Shown one piece after another: positions 8,502 to 18,652 of a stretch of DNA of 64,000 nt. The notes under the pieces are model-generated. The model was not told the origin of the DNA. It was given only the letters and a program-made list of their open reading frames with translations, and made no database searches. This DNA is from Acidobacteriota bacterium (GTDB lineage: Bacteria; Acidobacteriota; UBA890; WLXD01): the NCBI GenBank assembly GCA_963666215.2, contig CAXWPL010000002.1, forward strand, positions 256,001 to 320,000. The letters are read 5' to 3'. How positions within the stretch are numbered: the stretch's first letter is position 1; each line of letters opens with the position of its first letter. The position numbers and the translations under genes were made by a program.

Positions 8502-9833
8502 TCAGTGGTTCGAGCCCAACCACTTCTCAGCGTCGAGCGCCGCTCGGCAGCCGTACCCGGCGGCCGTGATCGCCTGTCGGTAGTGGTGATCGTGCACGTC
8601 TCCGGCGACGAACAACCCTTCGATGGGCGTGCGCGGCAGGTGTTCGCCGGTCACGTAGCCAAGATCGTCGAGCTTCACCGAGCTCGCGTGTAGCAGATCG
8701 CTGTTGGGGTTGTGTCCGATGGCGATGAAACAGCCCTCGACCTCGAGCACGCTCTCTTCGTTAGTCTGGTTGTTCTTGACGCGGACGCCCGTGAGGCCGG
8801 TCGGCGCCTCTCCCTCGAACGCCACCACCTCGGTGTTCCACGCGACGTCAATCTTGTCGTGTGCCAGCAACCGGTCCTGCATGATCTGGCTGGCGCGCAG
8901 CTCGTCGCGTCGGTGGATCAGCGTTACCTGGCTGGCGAAGTGCGTGAGGAACAGAGCCTCCTCCATCGCCGAGTCGCCGCCGCCCACCACGGCGATCGGC
9001 CTGTCGCGGAAGAACGCCCCGTCGCAGGTCGCGCAGGTCGACACGCCGTAGCCTCGCAGTTCGAGCTCGTTGGGGACGCCGATTTCCTTCGGTGAAGCGC
9101 CCGTGGCGACGATCACAGCATCGCATCGGTAGCGCTTCTTGTTATCGACGACCACGGTGAACGGGCGCTCGTCGAGCTCGAGCGCAGTGGCTTCGCCACG
9201 CACGAGCTCGGTACCGAAGCGCTCCGCCTGTGCCTTCATGCGCTCGATCAGCTCCGGTCCTTGAATCCCTTCCGGAAAGCCGGGGAAGTTCTCCACGTCC
9301 GTGGTGGTGTACAGCTGTCCGCCAAACTCGGTGCCGGTGATCAGAAGCGGCTCCAGGTTGGCGCGCGCCGCGTAGATCGCGGCGGTCAGTCCAGCGCAAC
9401 CCGAGCCGAGGATGATCACTCGGCGCTGCGGTTCGTCGGTCGCCGTGGCCGCAGCATCGTCGTCGGTTGGCTCGGTTGCCGCAGGGTCGGTGTCCGACTC
9501 GCCGGTCTCGTCGTCTCCGAGTCGGGCTGGGCCGTTGACTGTTGGCAGGGCGCGCGGATCGCCGGCCGGCGTGATCGCCGCGCGCAACATCGGCTCGAGC
9601 TCGCCGCGGGAATCGAGCGCGTGCAGGTCGTCAAATCCACCGACGTGCCGGTTGTCGATGAAGATCTGTGGCGCGGTCATGCGGCCGCCGGCGCGCTCGA
9701 CCATGCGTGCCATTTTGTCGCGATCGCCCGTCACGTTGATCTCCGTCCAGGTCGCATTCTTGTCGGCCAACAGCTGCTTTGCCCACGTGCAGTAGGCGCA
9801 AAACTTCTTGGTATAGATCACGATCTCGGGCAT
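8502..9833 (-). CDS. trxB: Glutaredoxin-thioredoxin reductase fusion (N-terminal Grx3-like domain + low-MW TrxR)
   Basis: Start MPEIVIYTKKFCAYC with TAPQIFI and VGGFDD (Grx); acidic linker; then GSGCAG, GGQL..TTDVENFPG, CATCD, GGGDSA, HRR, AGDV..QAITAAG (TrxB). Confidence 0.92.
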   Translation of the reverse strand: MPEIVIYTKKFCAYCTWAKQLLADKNATWTEINVTGDRDKMARMVERAGGRMTAPQIFIDNRHVGGFDDLHALDSRGELEPMLRAAITPAGDPRALPTVNGPARLGDDETGESDTDPAATEPTDDDAAATATDEPQRRVIILGSGCAGLTAAIYAARANLEPLLITGTEFGGQLYTTTDVENFPGFPEGIQGPELIERMKAQAERFGTELVRGEATALELDERPFTVVVDNKKRYRCDAVIVATGASPKEIGVPNELELRGYGVSTCATCDGAFFRDRPIAVVGGGDSAMEEALFLTHFASQVTLIHRRDELRASQIMQDRLLAHDKIDVAWNTEVVAFEGEAPTGLTGVRVKNNQTNEESVLEVEGCFIAIGHNPNSDLLHASSVKLDDLGYVTGEHLPRTPIEGLFVAGDVHDHHYRQAITAAGYGCRAALDAEKWLGSNH

Positions 9834-9903
9834 GTTCGGTCCATTTGACGGTTGTCGGGGGACGCGGGCGAGCCGTCGCGTTCTTCGCAGAGAACCGGCG
9901 ACG

Positions 9904-11682
9904 CTAGGGCGACTGAATCCGTAGGCGCTCGATTTCCTGACGGGCGCGCACGGCGCGCTCCGCTTGCCCCGCGGCTTCGAGGATGGTGGCGAGGCGCTCC
10001 AGTGCAGCCACATCGTCGGGCTGGCGCTCGAGGTGGCGATCGAGAGCGTCGATCGCTTCGTCATGGCGCCCTTCGGCGGCGTACACCTGGGCGCGCAGCA
10101 GGACCGCCTCTCGGCTCCAGATGTCGGGCTGGCGGTCGTCGGCACGCTGCTGGCGGTCGGCCCGAGAGAGCGCCTGGAATTCCTCCATGGCGACGTTCGC
10201 TTCTTCGTCGCGCCCGAGCTCGCGGTAGGCCTGAGCCAGCATGTACGGCGGATCGGGCATCTCGGGATCGAGCCGGGCGGCATCCTTCAAGAAGGCGATC
10301 GCGTCGTCGTAGCGGCCGCTCTGGGCATAGGCTTTGCCGAGCAGGGCCAAGAGCAACGGTTCGTCGAGCGCCGACGACACGACCGGCTCGAGCATTGCGA
10401 CTGCGCCCGCCGGATCGGCCATGGCGAGAGCCACGCGTCCGGCCTGAATTCGTGCCGGTAGCAGATCGGGCTCGAGCTCGACCGCCTTGGCAAATGCCGC
10501 GCGTGCCTCGTCGCTACGCTGCAACTCGTGCAGCGCGAGCCCGTTGTGATGATGCAGCCAGGCATCGTCCGGCGACGTGGCGAGCGCGCGTTCGAAAGCC
10601 TGCAGTGCCTTCTCCGCGCGGCCGGCTTGCAACAAGGCGTTACCCGTCAGCAACAGGACCTCGGGGTCGATCGAGCGTTCGTCGAGCGCTCGCTCTGCCG
10701 CGTCGCCAGCGTCGAGTCGAAGCCCGAGCTGCAGATAGACCTGCGCGAGCTCCGCGGAGGCGCCGAAGAAATCGGGGTCGGCCGCGATTGCCCGCCGAAA
10801 GTGCGCTGCGGCGCCAACCAAATCGTCGCGAGTGCCGTTCGCCGCCAGCGTCCGCGCCAGGTCGACGCTGGCAGCCGGATAGGGTGGGTCGATGGCGGCA
10901 GCGCGATCGAGCGCTTCGCGTGCCTCGGCATCGCGCCCGGCCGCCGCGTGGATGAGCGAGAGCTCGTGCCAAAGGGGTGCATATCCGGGTTTCTCGACGA
11001 GAACCCTGAGCGCGTCGTCGACGCCTTCGTCGTAACGCTCCAGCTGGCGCAGCGCCCGCAGCCTATAGGTCAGAGGCAACTCGGCGTTGGGAACGGTCGC
11101 GGCCGTACGAGTAAGCGGCTCGAGGGCGCCGGCCGCGTCGCCGGCGAAGAGTCGGGCCGTGCCGAGGTTGAGGAGCGCCTGCGCTCGCGTTGGGTGGTTC
11201 GGAGGGTACAGTTCCACGCAACGAGCGAACATTTCGGCCGCTTCCTCGAAACGATCGAAGCCCGAAAGGAGCAGGCCCTTGGCCCACCAGGCCGAGGGGT
11301 TGTCGGGAGAAAGCTCGATCGAACGGGTGTATGCCGTGAGAGCCTCGGCTGGTTTGCCGATGGGCTCGAGTGAGGCGCCGAAGAGGAACCAGAGATCGGC
11401 ACGATCTGGCCGATCGCGCAGCGATTGCTGCAGGAAACGAGCCGCTAGGTGGTATTCTTCGGCCGCCAAGTGCCCCTCGGCCTGGCGCACGATCGGATCG
11501 GTGGGGGTCGGTTGAGCCGAAACCGCCTGAGCGACTCCAGGAGCGACCGCCGCTGGGCCGGCGTGAGCGAGTCCAGCGATCACCGTGGTCGAGATCGCCA
11601 GTGCAACCCCTGCGAGGAGGCCGCGCAGACGACGTTGTGGCGGTACTGGATGTGCGCCTGAGAGGCTGAGGCGTAGGGTCAT
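9904..11682 (-). CDS. Secreted tetratricopeptide-repeat protein
   Basis: N-terminal hydrophobic signal followed by many TPR motifs (A..A...A..LDP.. pattern). Confidence 0.85.
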   Translation of the reverse strand: MTLRLSLSGAHPVPPQRRLRGLLAGVALAISTTVIAGLAHAGPAAVAPGVAQAVSAQPTPTDPIVRQAEGHLAAEEYHLAARFLQQSLRDRPDRADLWFLFGASLEPIGKPAEALTAYTRSIELSPDNPSAWWAKGLLLSGFDRFEEAAEMFARCVELYPPNHPTRAQALLNLGTARLFAGDAAGALEPLTRTAATVPNAELPLTYRLRALRQLERYDEGVDDALRVLVEKPGYAPLWHELSLIHAAAGRDAEAREALDRAAAIDPPYPAASVDLARTLAANGTRDDLVGAAAHFRRAIAADPDFFGASAELAQVYLQLGLRLDAGDAAERALDERSIDPEVLLLTGNALLQAGRAEKALQAFERALATSPDDAWLHHHNGLALHELQRSDEARAAFAKAVELEPDLLPARIQAGRVALAMADPAGAVAMLEPVVSSALDEPLLLALLGKAYAQSGRYDDAIAFLKDAARLDPEMPDPPYMLAQAYRELGRDEEANVAMEEFQALSRADRQQRADDRQPDIWSREAVLLRAQVYAAEGRHDEAIDALDRHLERQPDDVAALERLATILEAAGQAERAVRARQEIERLRIQSP

Positions 11683-11712
11683 GGTGATGTCTTTGCAGCG
11701 GGGCGGGGAGTC

Positions 11713-11890
11713 GAGCGGGGTCAAGAAAAGGAGCCTCGGGCCGTTTGCCGAGGGAGACGCCAGTGGCGAGCTTGTTGAGTGGGCCACTGGGTTGCCCGGC
11801 TAGCTGATCAACCGACTGGCTAGCGAGGCAGGCCGCCCAAGGGGGAAATCCAGGAAGCTCGTGTGCGACCCGGGAGCGAGAATTCTACCG
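11713..11890. ncRNA. Candidate structured intergenic RNA / 5' leader
   Basis: Nested inverted repeats: GGGTC/GACCC, GAGC/GCTC, CCTCGG/CCGAGG, CCAGTGGC/GCCACTGG, GCTAGCTG/TGGCTAGC; TAGAAT -10-like box on the minus strand at 11882-11887. No family recognised. Confidence 0.3.
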
Positions 11891-11962
11891 CACGCCCGCG
11901 CTGTCGACGACAGTCGCTCGGTCGGGCTAGGCAACGATACTCACGATCGCCTGCTGGTGCCG

Positions 11963-14900
11963 TCAGTCCTGCTGCGCGCCTATCGAGTCGGGGGATCTCG
12001 CCGGGAGATCCCGTTGAGCAACCACACCGCGTCCCTCCGCAATCAGCAGCAACTGCCCGGAGGCCACGTCGCGGATGACATCGTCGGTGCCGCTGGGCCA
12101 AGCGACGTGGATCTCCACCAGCGACCCAGCCTGAATCCCGAACGTCAGCGTCGCATCGCTGGCCGACAAGTACCCGCCGGCCGTGCGAACGAAGCGGCTC
12201 AGTTGTTGGCCACCGGACTTGACGGTTACCCGTGCCCCGATGCCGTCGCGGTTGCTGCTTTCGCCGCGTAGGCGCAGCTGCAGTGAGCGGCCACCAGCGC
12301 GAGTGTCGTTGCGCAGCAGAGTCGGGGCTGCATCGTTGTTCGTTACCAAGATGTCTTCGTCGCCGTCGCCGTCGTAGTCGCCCACCGCGCTGCCACGGCT
12401 CGACGCCAGCAGGTCTAGCCCGGGACCGCCGGCGCCCGCGGCGATCTGGCGCAGCCGGCCTTCGCTGTTGACGAAGAGCTGATTGCGCTGCGCATAGCTC
12501 GACCCGACGTCGATCTTGTCGACCGCGGGGTAGATGTGCCCGTTGGTGACGAACAGGTCGAGATCGCCGTCGAGGTCGAAGTCCCGCAGATGCGTGGCCC
12601 AACCGAGGTAGGCGAAGCTGTCGGCACCGACGCCGATCTTCTGCGTTGCGTCGGTGTAGGGAACCGTGCCGGTGTTGCTATAGATGGTGTTGAAGTCGTG
12701 GGAGAAATTCGTGACCACCAGATCGTCGTAGCCGTCGGCCTCGATATCGCCGGCTGCGATGCCCATCCCCGCCTGTGCCCTCCCGTCGCCGCTGTAGGCG
12801 GCACCGTACAGCAGCCCGCGCTCGGCGAAGGTGCCGTCTCCCTGGTTTTCGAACAGCAGGTTGGGGGTGCCGTCGTTGGCGACGTACAGGTCGACGTCGC
12901 GATCGTTGTCGATATCGAGCGGCAGCACGCCCAGGCCATAGAACTCTGCGTCGGCGAGCTCCCGCTGATCCTGCGGCTCGAACTCGAGGCCGCCGGTGTT
13001 CCACAGCAGGCGGTCCGGCTCGGCGTCAAGACCGGCCGGCCCGCACATCCCATAGACGCCGTTGAATCGACACAGCTCCTTGCCATCGAACGGCGGTGAG
13101 TTGCGATCGAAGGCGAGGTAGTTGGTGACGTACAGGTCGAGCTACGAGTCGCCGTCGAGGTCGGCAAAGGCCGCCGACGTGCTCCAGCGTCGATCATCGG
13201 CACGAGCAGTGTCGGTGATCTCCGCAAAGGTGCCGTCGCCGTTGTTACGATAGAGCAGGTTGGGGCCGTTGGCAGTGACGTACATATCTGGGAAGCCGTC
13301 GTTGTCGATATCGCCCACGGCGATGCCGCCGCTCCAGTTCCGGCCATCCACACCGGCGCGCGCCGCAACATCAACGAAGCCGCCCGCCGCGCCCTGCCGC
13401 AAGAGCACGTCGGGCGGCCGGTCGACGACCTCGATCGTCATGCCGCCAGGCACGCCCTCGAGCGGCACGTAGCGAACGCCGTTGCCGTTCGGCAGCATCA
13501 CGTCGAGGCGCCCGTCGCGGTCGAGGTCGAGCCAACCGGCGCCGCTGCCGGGGCCCTCGACGATAAAGAGCTTCTCCGGATGGCCGTTGACGTTGCGTGC
13601 CGTGAAGCCGGCCCCGGCGGCGACGTCGACGAACGGAGCCGCGCCGACAGCGTCGGAGACCGCGGCACCAACCTCGGACGCGGCGCTCGGTGCCGTCACG
13701 CCTCCTTCGTCTGGCGGTTCCGCGCCGCGCTGAGGCTGCTCCACCTGCTCAGGTCGGCTCGCGCGGATGTCTTCAACGGCGTTGCCCGTTGCCGGACTCA
13801 GGGCCAGCGCCCGGCTCGAGAGCTCTTCGATACGCGGGTCGTCGGCGCTGTAGCGAGCGGCCTCTTGCAGGATGGCGAGCGTTTGCTCCGAACGTCCCTC
13901 GTTGAGGTAGATGCGCGCCTGCAGTAGTTGGCGGTCGAAGCGCTCTCGCATCTGCTGTTCGATCTCCTGGCGGCGAACCTCCGGCTCGGCGCGCGAGATC
14001 GACGCCGCTCGCTGCAGGGCGATCGTTGCCTCCGGGTCGCCGAGCTGCTCGAGCGCCTGCGCCAGCTGGGTCCAGGCGCCGCGGCTGCTCGGGTCGTCAC
14101 GGACGGCGGCGCGGAGCTCGACTGCAGCGCTCGTGGCGTCGCCGCGCGACAAGTAGGCCTCTCCGAGGAGCCGATGAGTCATGGCGGTGCGCCCGTCACT
14201 GGGTACCCGCTCGAGCGCCGAGATGGCGGTTGCGACGTGGCTCTCGTCGAGGGCAAGCGCCGAGCGCGCGTGAGAACGCAGCGAACGCCTCCTCGTAGCG
14301 CAGTGCGTTGGCCAGGGCGCTGCCACGACGCATGTGTGCTTCGGCCCAATCGGGACGCAGCTCGCAGGCACGCTCGAGCGGCATCAGCGCTTGCGCGTAG
14401 CGCTCGCGATACAGGTAGGTGTTGCCAAGGTCCAGCCAGGCGCCGGCGAAGTCCGGATAGCGCTCGAGCACCGCCTCGAGCTCAGCCTGGGCGTCATCGA
14501 GCATCGTCAACGCCCAGTAGGCTTCGACCAATTCCATGCGCAGCGGTAGATCGTCGGGTCTGAGTCGTACGGCCGTGCGGTAGGCGGCGGTAGAGCCGCT
14601 GACGAGCTCCGCATCGGACGTCAGCAGCAACAGCGCTCCCAGGGCTTTCCAGGCGCTGGCGAGCTCCGGGTGTTCGCCGGTGAGTCGCTGCAAGCGGCCG
14701 TACGCCTCCAAGGGCGTTTGCGGCGCTATCGCACGAGCCAGATCGACCTCGATCTCAGGATCGTTCGGTGCCAGCGAGACGGCGCGCCTCAGGTAGCTCA
14801 GCGCATCGCTCGGCCGCCCCGATTCGAGGATCGCCAGCCCCAAGCGGTGCAGCGCCAGCGGCCAATCCGGGCGCAGCCCCACTGCTCGCTGCAACGGGAC

Positions 14901-15206
14901 GATTGCGTCAGCGGGGCGCCGCAGGCCCAGAAGGCTCGTTCCAAGGCCCACCAGAGACTCCGGGTCGTTGGCGTTCTGTTCCACCAGTTGCTGGTAGGAG
15001 CGGGCGGCGTCGGCGAACCGGCCGGCACTCAACAGCGCCGCGGCCTCGGTGTTTGCACTGGCCTGCAAGCTCGCCGCCGCGGCGGTGTCGCGAGGCCGTG
15101 GGCCGGCGGCGTCCGCCGTAGCCATCCCGCCGATCCCGAGCCCGAGCGTGAGGATGGCGCAGGTCAGGCGCAGCGACGCGGTCGACGGAACGAGTGTCGG
15201 CCTCAC
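11963..15206 (-). pseudogene. TPR + FG-GAP/CRTAC1 (ASPIC/UnbV) protein, interrupted by a frameshift (~14260) and an in-frame TAG (13142-13144)
   Basis: Three ORF pieces join into signal peptide-TPRs-FG-GAP repeats (DLDRDGRLD, DIDNDGFPD, DLDGDS*LDLYVTN, DFDLDGDLD)-ASPIC/UnbV (SNRDGIGARV..GGYLS..FG..WPSG). Breaks may be sequencing errors. Confidence 0.8.
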
Positions 15207-16786
15207 TGTTCTTCGAGCTCCGCCAGCCGCAGGCGGGCGCGCTCCGCGGCCTCGGTGTCGCCGCGGGCGTCGTGGACTCTTGCGAGCACCTCCCAGATTT
15301 CCTTCCGGCTGGGGGCCAGATCAGCAGCCTGCTGAACGTTGAGCAGTGCCTCGTCGAACCGGCCCTCGGCGTCGAACACCCGGGCACGCAGCAAGTAGAC
15401 CTCGTCGCGACGCTCAATGCCCGATTCCAGCGACGCCGTGCGTGTTTGCTCGCTGGTCGCGTTCAGGGCGCGGTAGGTCTCCAACGCGCGACGTCCCTCC
15501 GCGGTACGTCCAGATCGGACCAGCGCGGTTCCGAGCAGGTAGTGCGCCTCGATCAGATTAGCGCTGCTCTCCACCACACGTTGCAGTGGCGCCGTTGCCT
15601 CGACGGGGTTGCCTTGCGCGAGCAACAGGCGGCCGAACTCGAGAGCCATATCCGGTGTGCGAATGCCACGGCCGACCGCTTCGAAGAGGAGTCCTTCGGC
15701 GTCATCGAACCGACCAGCCTCGGTGAGCGCGCGGGCCGCCTCGGTCAGTGGCATGACCTGCTCGGGCAGCAGCTGAGCCGCGCGGACCAGGGCCTCGCGC
15801 GACTCGTCGCCACGTCCGAGCTGCCGTAGAGCCCTGCCACGGTAGTAGTGAGCCCAGCCGTCCGTGGCTGCCAGACGCAGTGACTTGTCGGCGGCATCCA
15901 AGGCCTCGCGATAGCGCTGCTGCCTGATCAACGTCACGGCGAGGTTGAAGTGCAGGCTGGGTTGGCTGCCGTCCAGGGCCAGCGCGTCGCGCAGGGCGCG
16001 CTCGGCCTCCTCGGGCAGGCCGACCTCGTCGTAGGCTTCGGCGAGAGCGGCGTAGTGCCCGACGTTGTGTGGCTGCAGGGCAATGGCGCGGCGGAAGGAC
16101 GCGGCTGCGCGGAACAGCTCGGCGCTGTCGGGTCGGTCGAGAAGCAATTCTCCCAGCAGCAGATGTGCAGCTGGCTCGTCAGGAAGGGCCGCGGCAGCGA
16201 CGACCGCGGCCTCCACAGCCCCAGGTAGATCGCCGTCACCGCGTCTCGACAGGGCCACGTCCATGGCCAGCCGTCCGTCGTTGGGCTGTAGCGCCCAGGC
16301 GCTCTCGAACGCGATCTTGGCTCCGGTCGGGTCGTTGAGTTGCCTCAGCGCGGCACCCAGATAGGCGTGCGCGCGAGGGTTGTCGGGCTCGAGACGGATG
16401 GCGTTCCGCAACGGTGTGACGGCGGCGTCGGAGTTTCCGAGGCGCACCCACAGCATGCCCAGGCGAAGCTGCGCGCTGGCGCGATCAGGCGCCGCAACGA
16501 TGGCGCGTTCGTAGGCCGCCCGCGCCGCGTCGATCGCACCACCGAGTTCCTCGATGGTGCCCAGGATCTCGAGTCCACCGGCGTGGTCGGGTGCCAGCTC
16601 GACGCCCCGCACCGCTGCCAGTCGAGCCGTCACCAGGTCGCCGTTCTCGGTAGCGGCGAGCGCGCGGCGGAAAAGCTCCTCCGCCTCGGCCTCCGTCCCG
16701 GCCTGACCCGCCGCGATTGTGGCCGTCAGCATAGCCGTCAGCGTGACCATCTCAGCGGCGCGACGAGCGAGAGTAGCGATCAGCAT
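15203..16786 (-). CDS. Secreted tetratricopeptide-repeat protein
   Basis: Hydrophobic N-terminus and continuous TPR repeats; stop overlaps the start of the next gene. Start could be 16750. Confidence 0.85.
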   Translation of the reverse strand: MLIATLARRAAEMVTLTAMLTATIAAGQAGTEAEAEELFRRALAATENGDLVTARLAAVRGVELAPDHAGGLEILGTIEELGGAIDAARAAYERAIVAAPDRASAQLRLGMLWVRLGNSDAAVTPLRNAIRLEPDNPRAHAYLGAALRQLNDPTGAKIAFESAWALQPNDGRLAMDVALSRRGDGDLPGAVEAAVVAAAALPDEPAAHLLLGELLLDRPDSAELFRAAASFRRAIALQPHNVGHYAALAEAYDEVGLPEEAERALRDALALDGSQPSLHFNLAVTLIRQQRYREALDAADKSLRLAATDGWAHYYRGRALRQLGRGDESREALVRAAQLLPEQVMPLTEAARALTEAGRFDDAEGLLFEAVGRGIRTPDMALEFGRLLLAQGNPVEATAPLQRVVESSANLIEAHYLLGTALVRSGRTAEGRRALETYRALNATSEQTRTASLESGIERRDEVYLLRARVFDAEGRFDEALLNVQQAADLAPSRKEIWEVLARVHDARGDTEAAERARLRLAELEEQ

Positions 16787-17093
16787 CGAGGAGCTCTTCG
16801 TGGGTTATGCGTGCCTGTGGCCCTGCTCCGGGCCAGGATCGGCATCCAAGCCTGCAAGCCAGCCGGCGGGCGGCGTCTCGAGCACTGAACCACGAGCGCG
16901 GCGAACGCGACACTCGACGCCACCGACCGTCGCCCTGTCGCCGACGATTCCGTTACGATTCGCCAAGTGTACGCGACGACGCATGCCGGATTTGGGCGCT
17001 GGCCGGCCGATCTGGATGATCACGATCATCTGAATCGTCGGATCAACCGGCTGGATCGGCGCGAGCAACCTGAACAGCCAGGAGATCCACGAG

Positions 17094-17843
17094 TTGGCGA
17101 CGACGGCAGATGAGCATGGAGTGGCGCTGGTTACCGGCGGCGCGGTGCGTGTGGGTCGTGAGATCAGCCTGACGCTCGCCCGCGCTGGCTTTGCCGTGGC
17201 CATCAACTACAGACGCTCACGCGACGCCGCCGAGCATTTGGTCGGCGAGCTGCGCGACGCCGGTTGCGCGGCCGCGGCGTTTCAGGCCGACATCACGCGG
17301 CACGACGAGGTGGAGGCGTTGGTCGAGCGCGTCGAAGCTGACCTCGGGCCGACCGCCGTGCTGGTCAACAATGCGGCTACGTTCGAGCGTCGTCCTTACC
17401 TCGAGGTCGAGGAAGTGCTGTGGCGCCGCAACGTGCGCCTGAACCTCGAGGCACCGCTCTGGCTCGGCCAGCGCGTGGGACGACTCATGTGGGAGCGTGG
17501 CAGTGGGCGCATCGTCAACATCTGCGGCACGGTGGGAATCGACCCGCCCGGCGACTACGTGTCGTACTGCGTGACCAAGAGCGCTCTCGACACGCTCACT
17601 CGCTGTATGGCAGCGGCACTGGCGCCGCGCGTGCAGGTGAACGGCGTGGCGCCGGGTGCCGTTCTTTTTCCCGATGGCACAGCCGAAGAAGAGCGCGCGC
17701 GCGTGCTGCGTCGGGTGCCGGCCGGCCGCGCCGGTTCGCCGGCCGATGTCGCCGCCACTGTTCTGTTTCTGGCAACTGGCCCCGACTACATCACCGGCGT
17801 GATCTTGCCGGTGGATGGTGGCGCCGGGTTGACGAACGTCTAG
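17094..17843 (+). CDS. SDR oxidoreductase, pteridine reductase/FolM-like
   Basis: ALVTGGAVRVG, LVNNA, YCVTK, VNGVAPG, VDGG; AGGAG RBS before the TTG start. Confidence 0.85.
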   Translation: MATTADEHGVALVTGGAVRVGREISLTLARAGFAVAINYRRSRDAAEHLVGELRDAGCAAAAFQADITRHDEVEALVERVEADLGPTAVLVNNAATFERRPYLEVEEVLWRRNVRLNLEAPLWLGQRVGRLMWERGSGRIVNICGTVGIDPPGDYVSYCVTKSALDTLTRCMAAALAPRVQVNGVAPGAVLFPDGTAEEERARVLRRVPAGRAGSPADVAATVLFLATGPDYITGVILPVDGGAGLTNV

Positions 17844-17876
17844 GAGGTTGTGGCGAGCCTACTTGGCGCCGCCAAC

Positions 17877-18629
17877 CTAGCGCAGTGTGAAGGTGACGCC
17901 GGCCAGCAGAGTGTGGGTGTTGATGCCCGGGTTCACGGGGCCGATGTTGGCGTTCGAGACGTGGTGCAGGCGGTACTCGAAGCTCAGCGCCCGACCCTCT
18001 CCGATCGGCACATCTAGCCCGAGCCCGGCGAGCAGCGAGAAGTTGAAGGAAGTCTCGCCTGTTGGCACCTCTTCCGATGCCCGGAGGAATCCCGCGCCGA
18101 GACGGAGAATGGGCAGGACGTCGCCGCTGGTCACGAAATGATGCTCGTACACGAAGTTGACGCCAGCGGCGTAAGCCGTCGGCGTCTGCGCGAAGCGCAT
18201 CGGTGCGAACTCCATCGCAAACCCCGGACGGCCGCCAAGGAAGGGTTGCCCGGCGCTGCCGAACACGCGCGACCAACGGACCACAATCGAGGCGATGTCG
18301 ATGTGGAGGGAGTGGGCAATCTCGTCGGCAACGCCGTAGCCCAGCTGTACCCCGAGTGTGCCGCGGCGCTCCTGTTCGGAGCTCGGCTGGCCCTCTTCGG
18401 GGGCCTCTTGGCACGAGATCCGTGGCGCAAGCGCGGCATCCGCTCCTGCGCACTCGTCGGCAAACGTTGAGCGCGCGGGCGTCGTCACCGTCGCCGCCAA
18501 CGTCAACACCGCAATCAGCGCACGCGAGATCGGTGCGCTCGCGGACTCGCTCGGGCGATGGGGGAGTCCGCGCACGCCGCGGTGGCGAAAGGCCAGTGCC
18601 CTGAGCTTGACGCCGATCCCACTCCTCAA
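17877..18629 (-). CDS. PagL-like lipid A 3-O-deacylase / acyloxyacyl hydrolase family beta-barrel
   Basis: FNF..G.G, YRLHHVSNA, NPGIN, C-terminal beta strand; start uncertain. Confidence 0.75.
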   Translation of the reverse strand: MRSGIGVKLRALAFRHRGVRGLPHRPSESASAPISRALIAVLTLAATVTTPARSTFADECAGADAALAPRISCQEAPEEGQPSSEQERRGTLGVQLGYGVADEIAHSLHIDIASIVVRWSRVFGSAGQPFLGGRPGFAMEFAPMRFAQTPTAYAAGVNFVYEHHFVTSGDVLPILRLGAGFLRASEEVPTGETSFNFSLLAGLGLDVPIGEGRALSFEYRLHHVSNANIGPVNPGINTHTLLAGVTFTLR

Positions 18630-18652
18630 CAGGCCTCACCTCACGTCAGTCG

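Noticed and set aside
9834-10283. N-terminal 150-aa extension of the TrxB ORF in the ORF track
   Set aside because: Overlaps the TPR gene in another frame; the Grx domain begins cleanly at ATG 9833.
13142-13144. Genome-wide TAG reassignment or pyrrolysine
   Set aside because: TAG terminates several intact genes at their expected ends (lpdA, recD2, permease); no pyl genes in the window.
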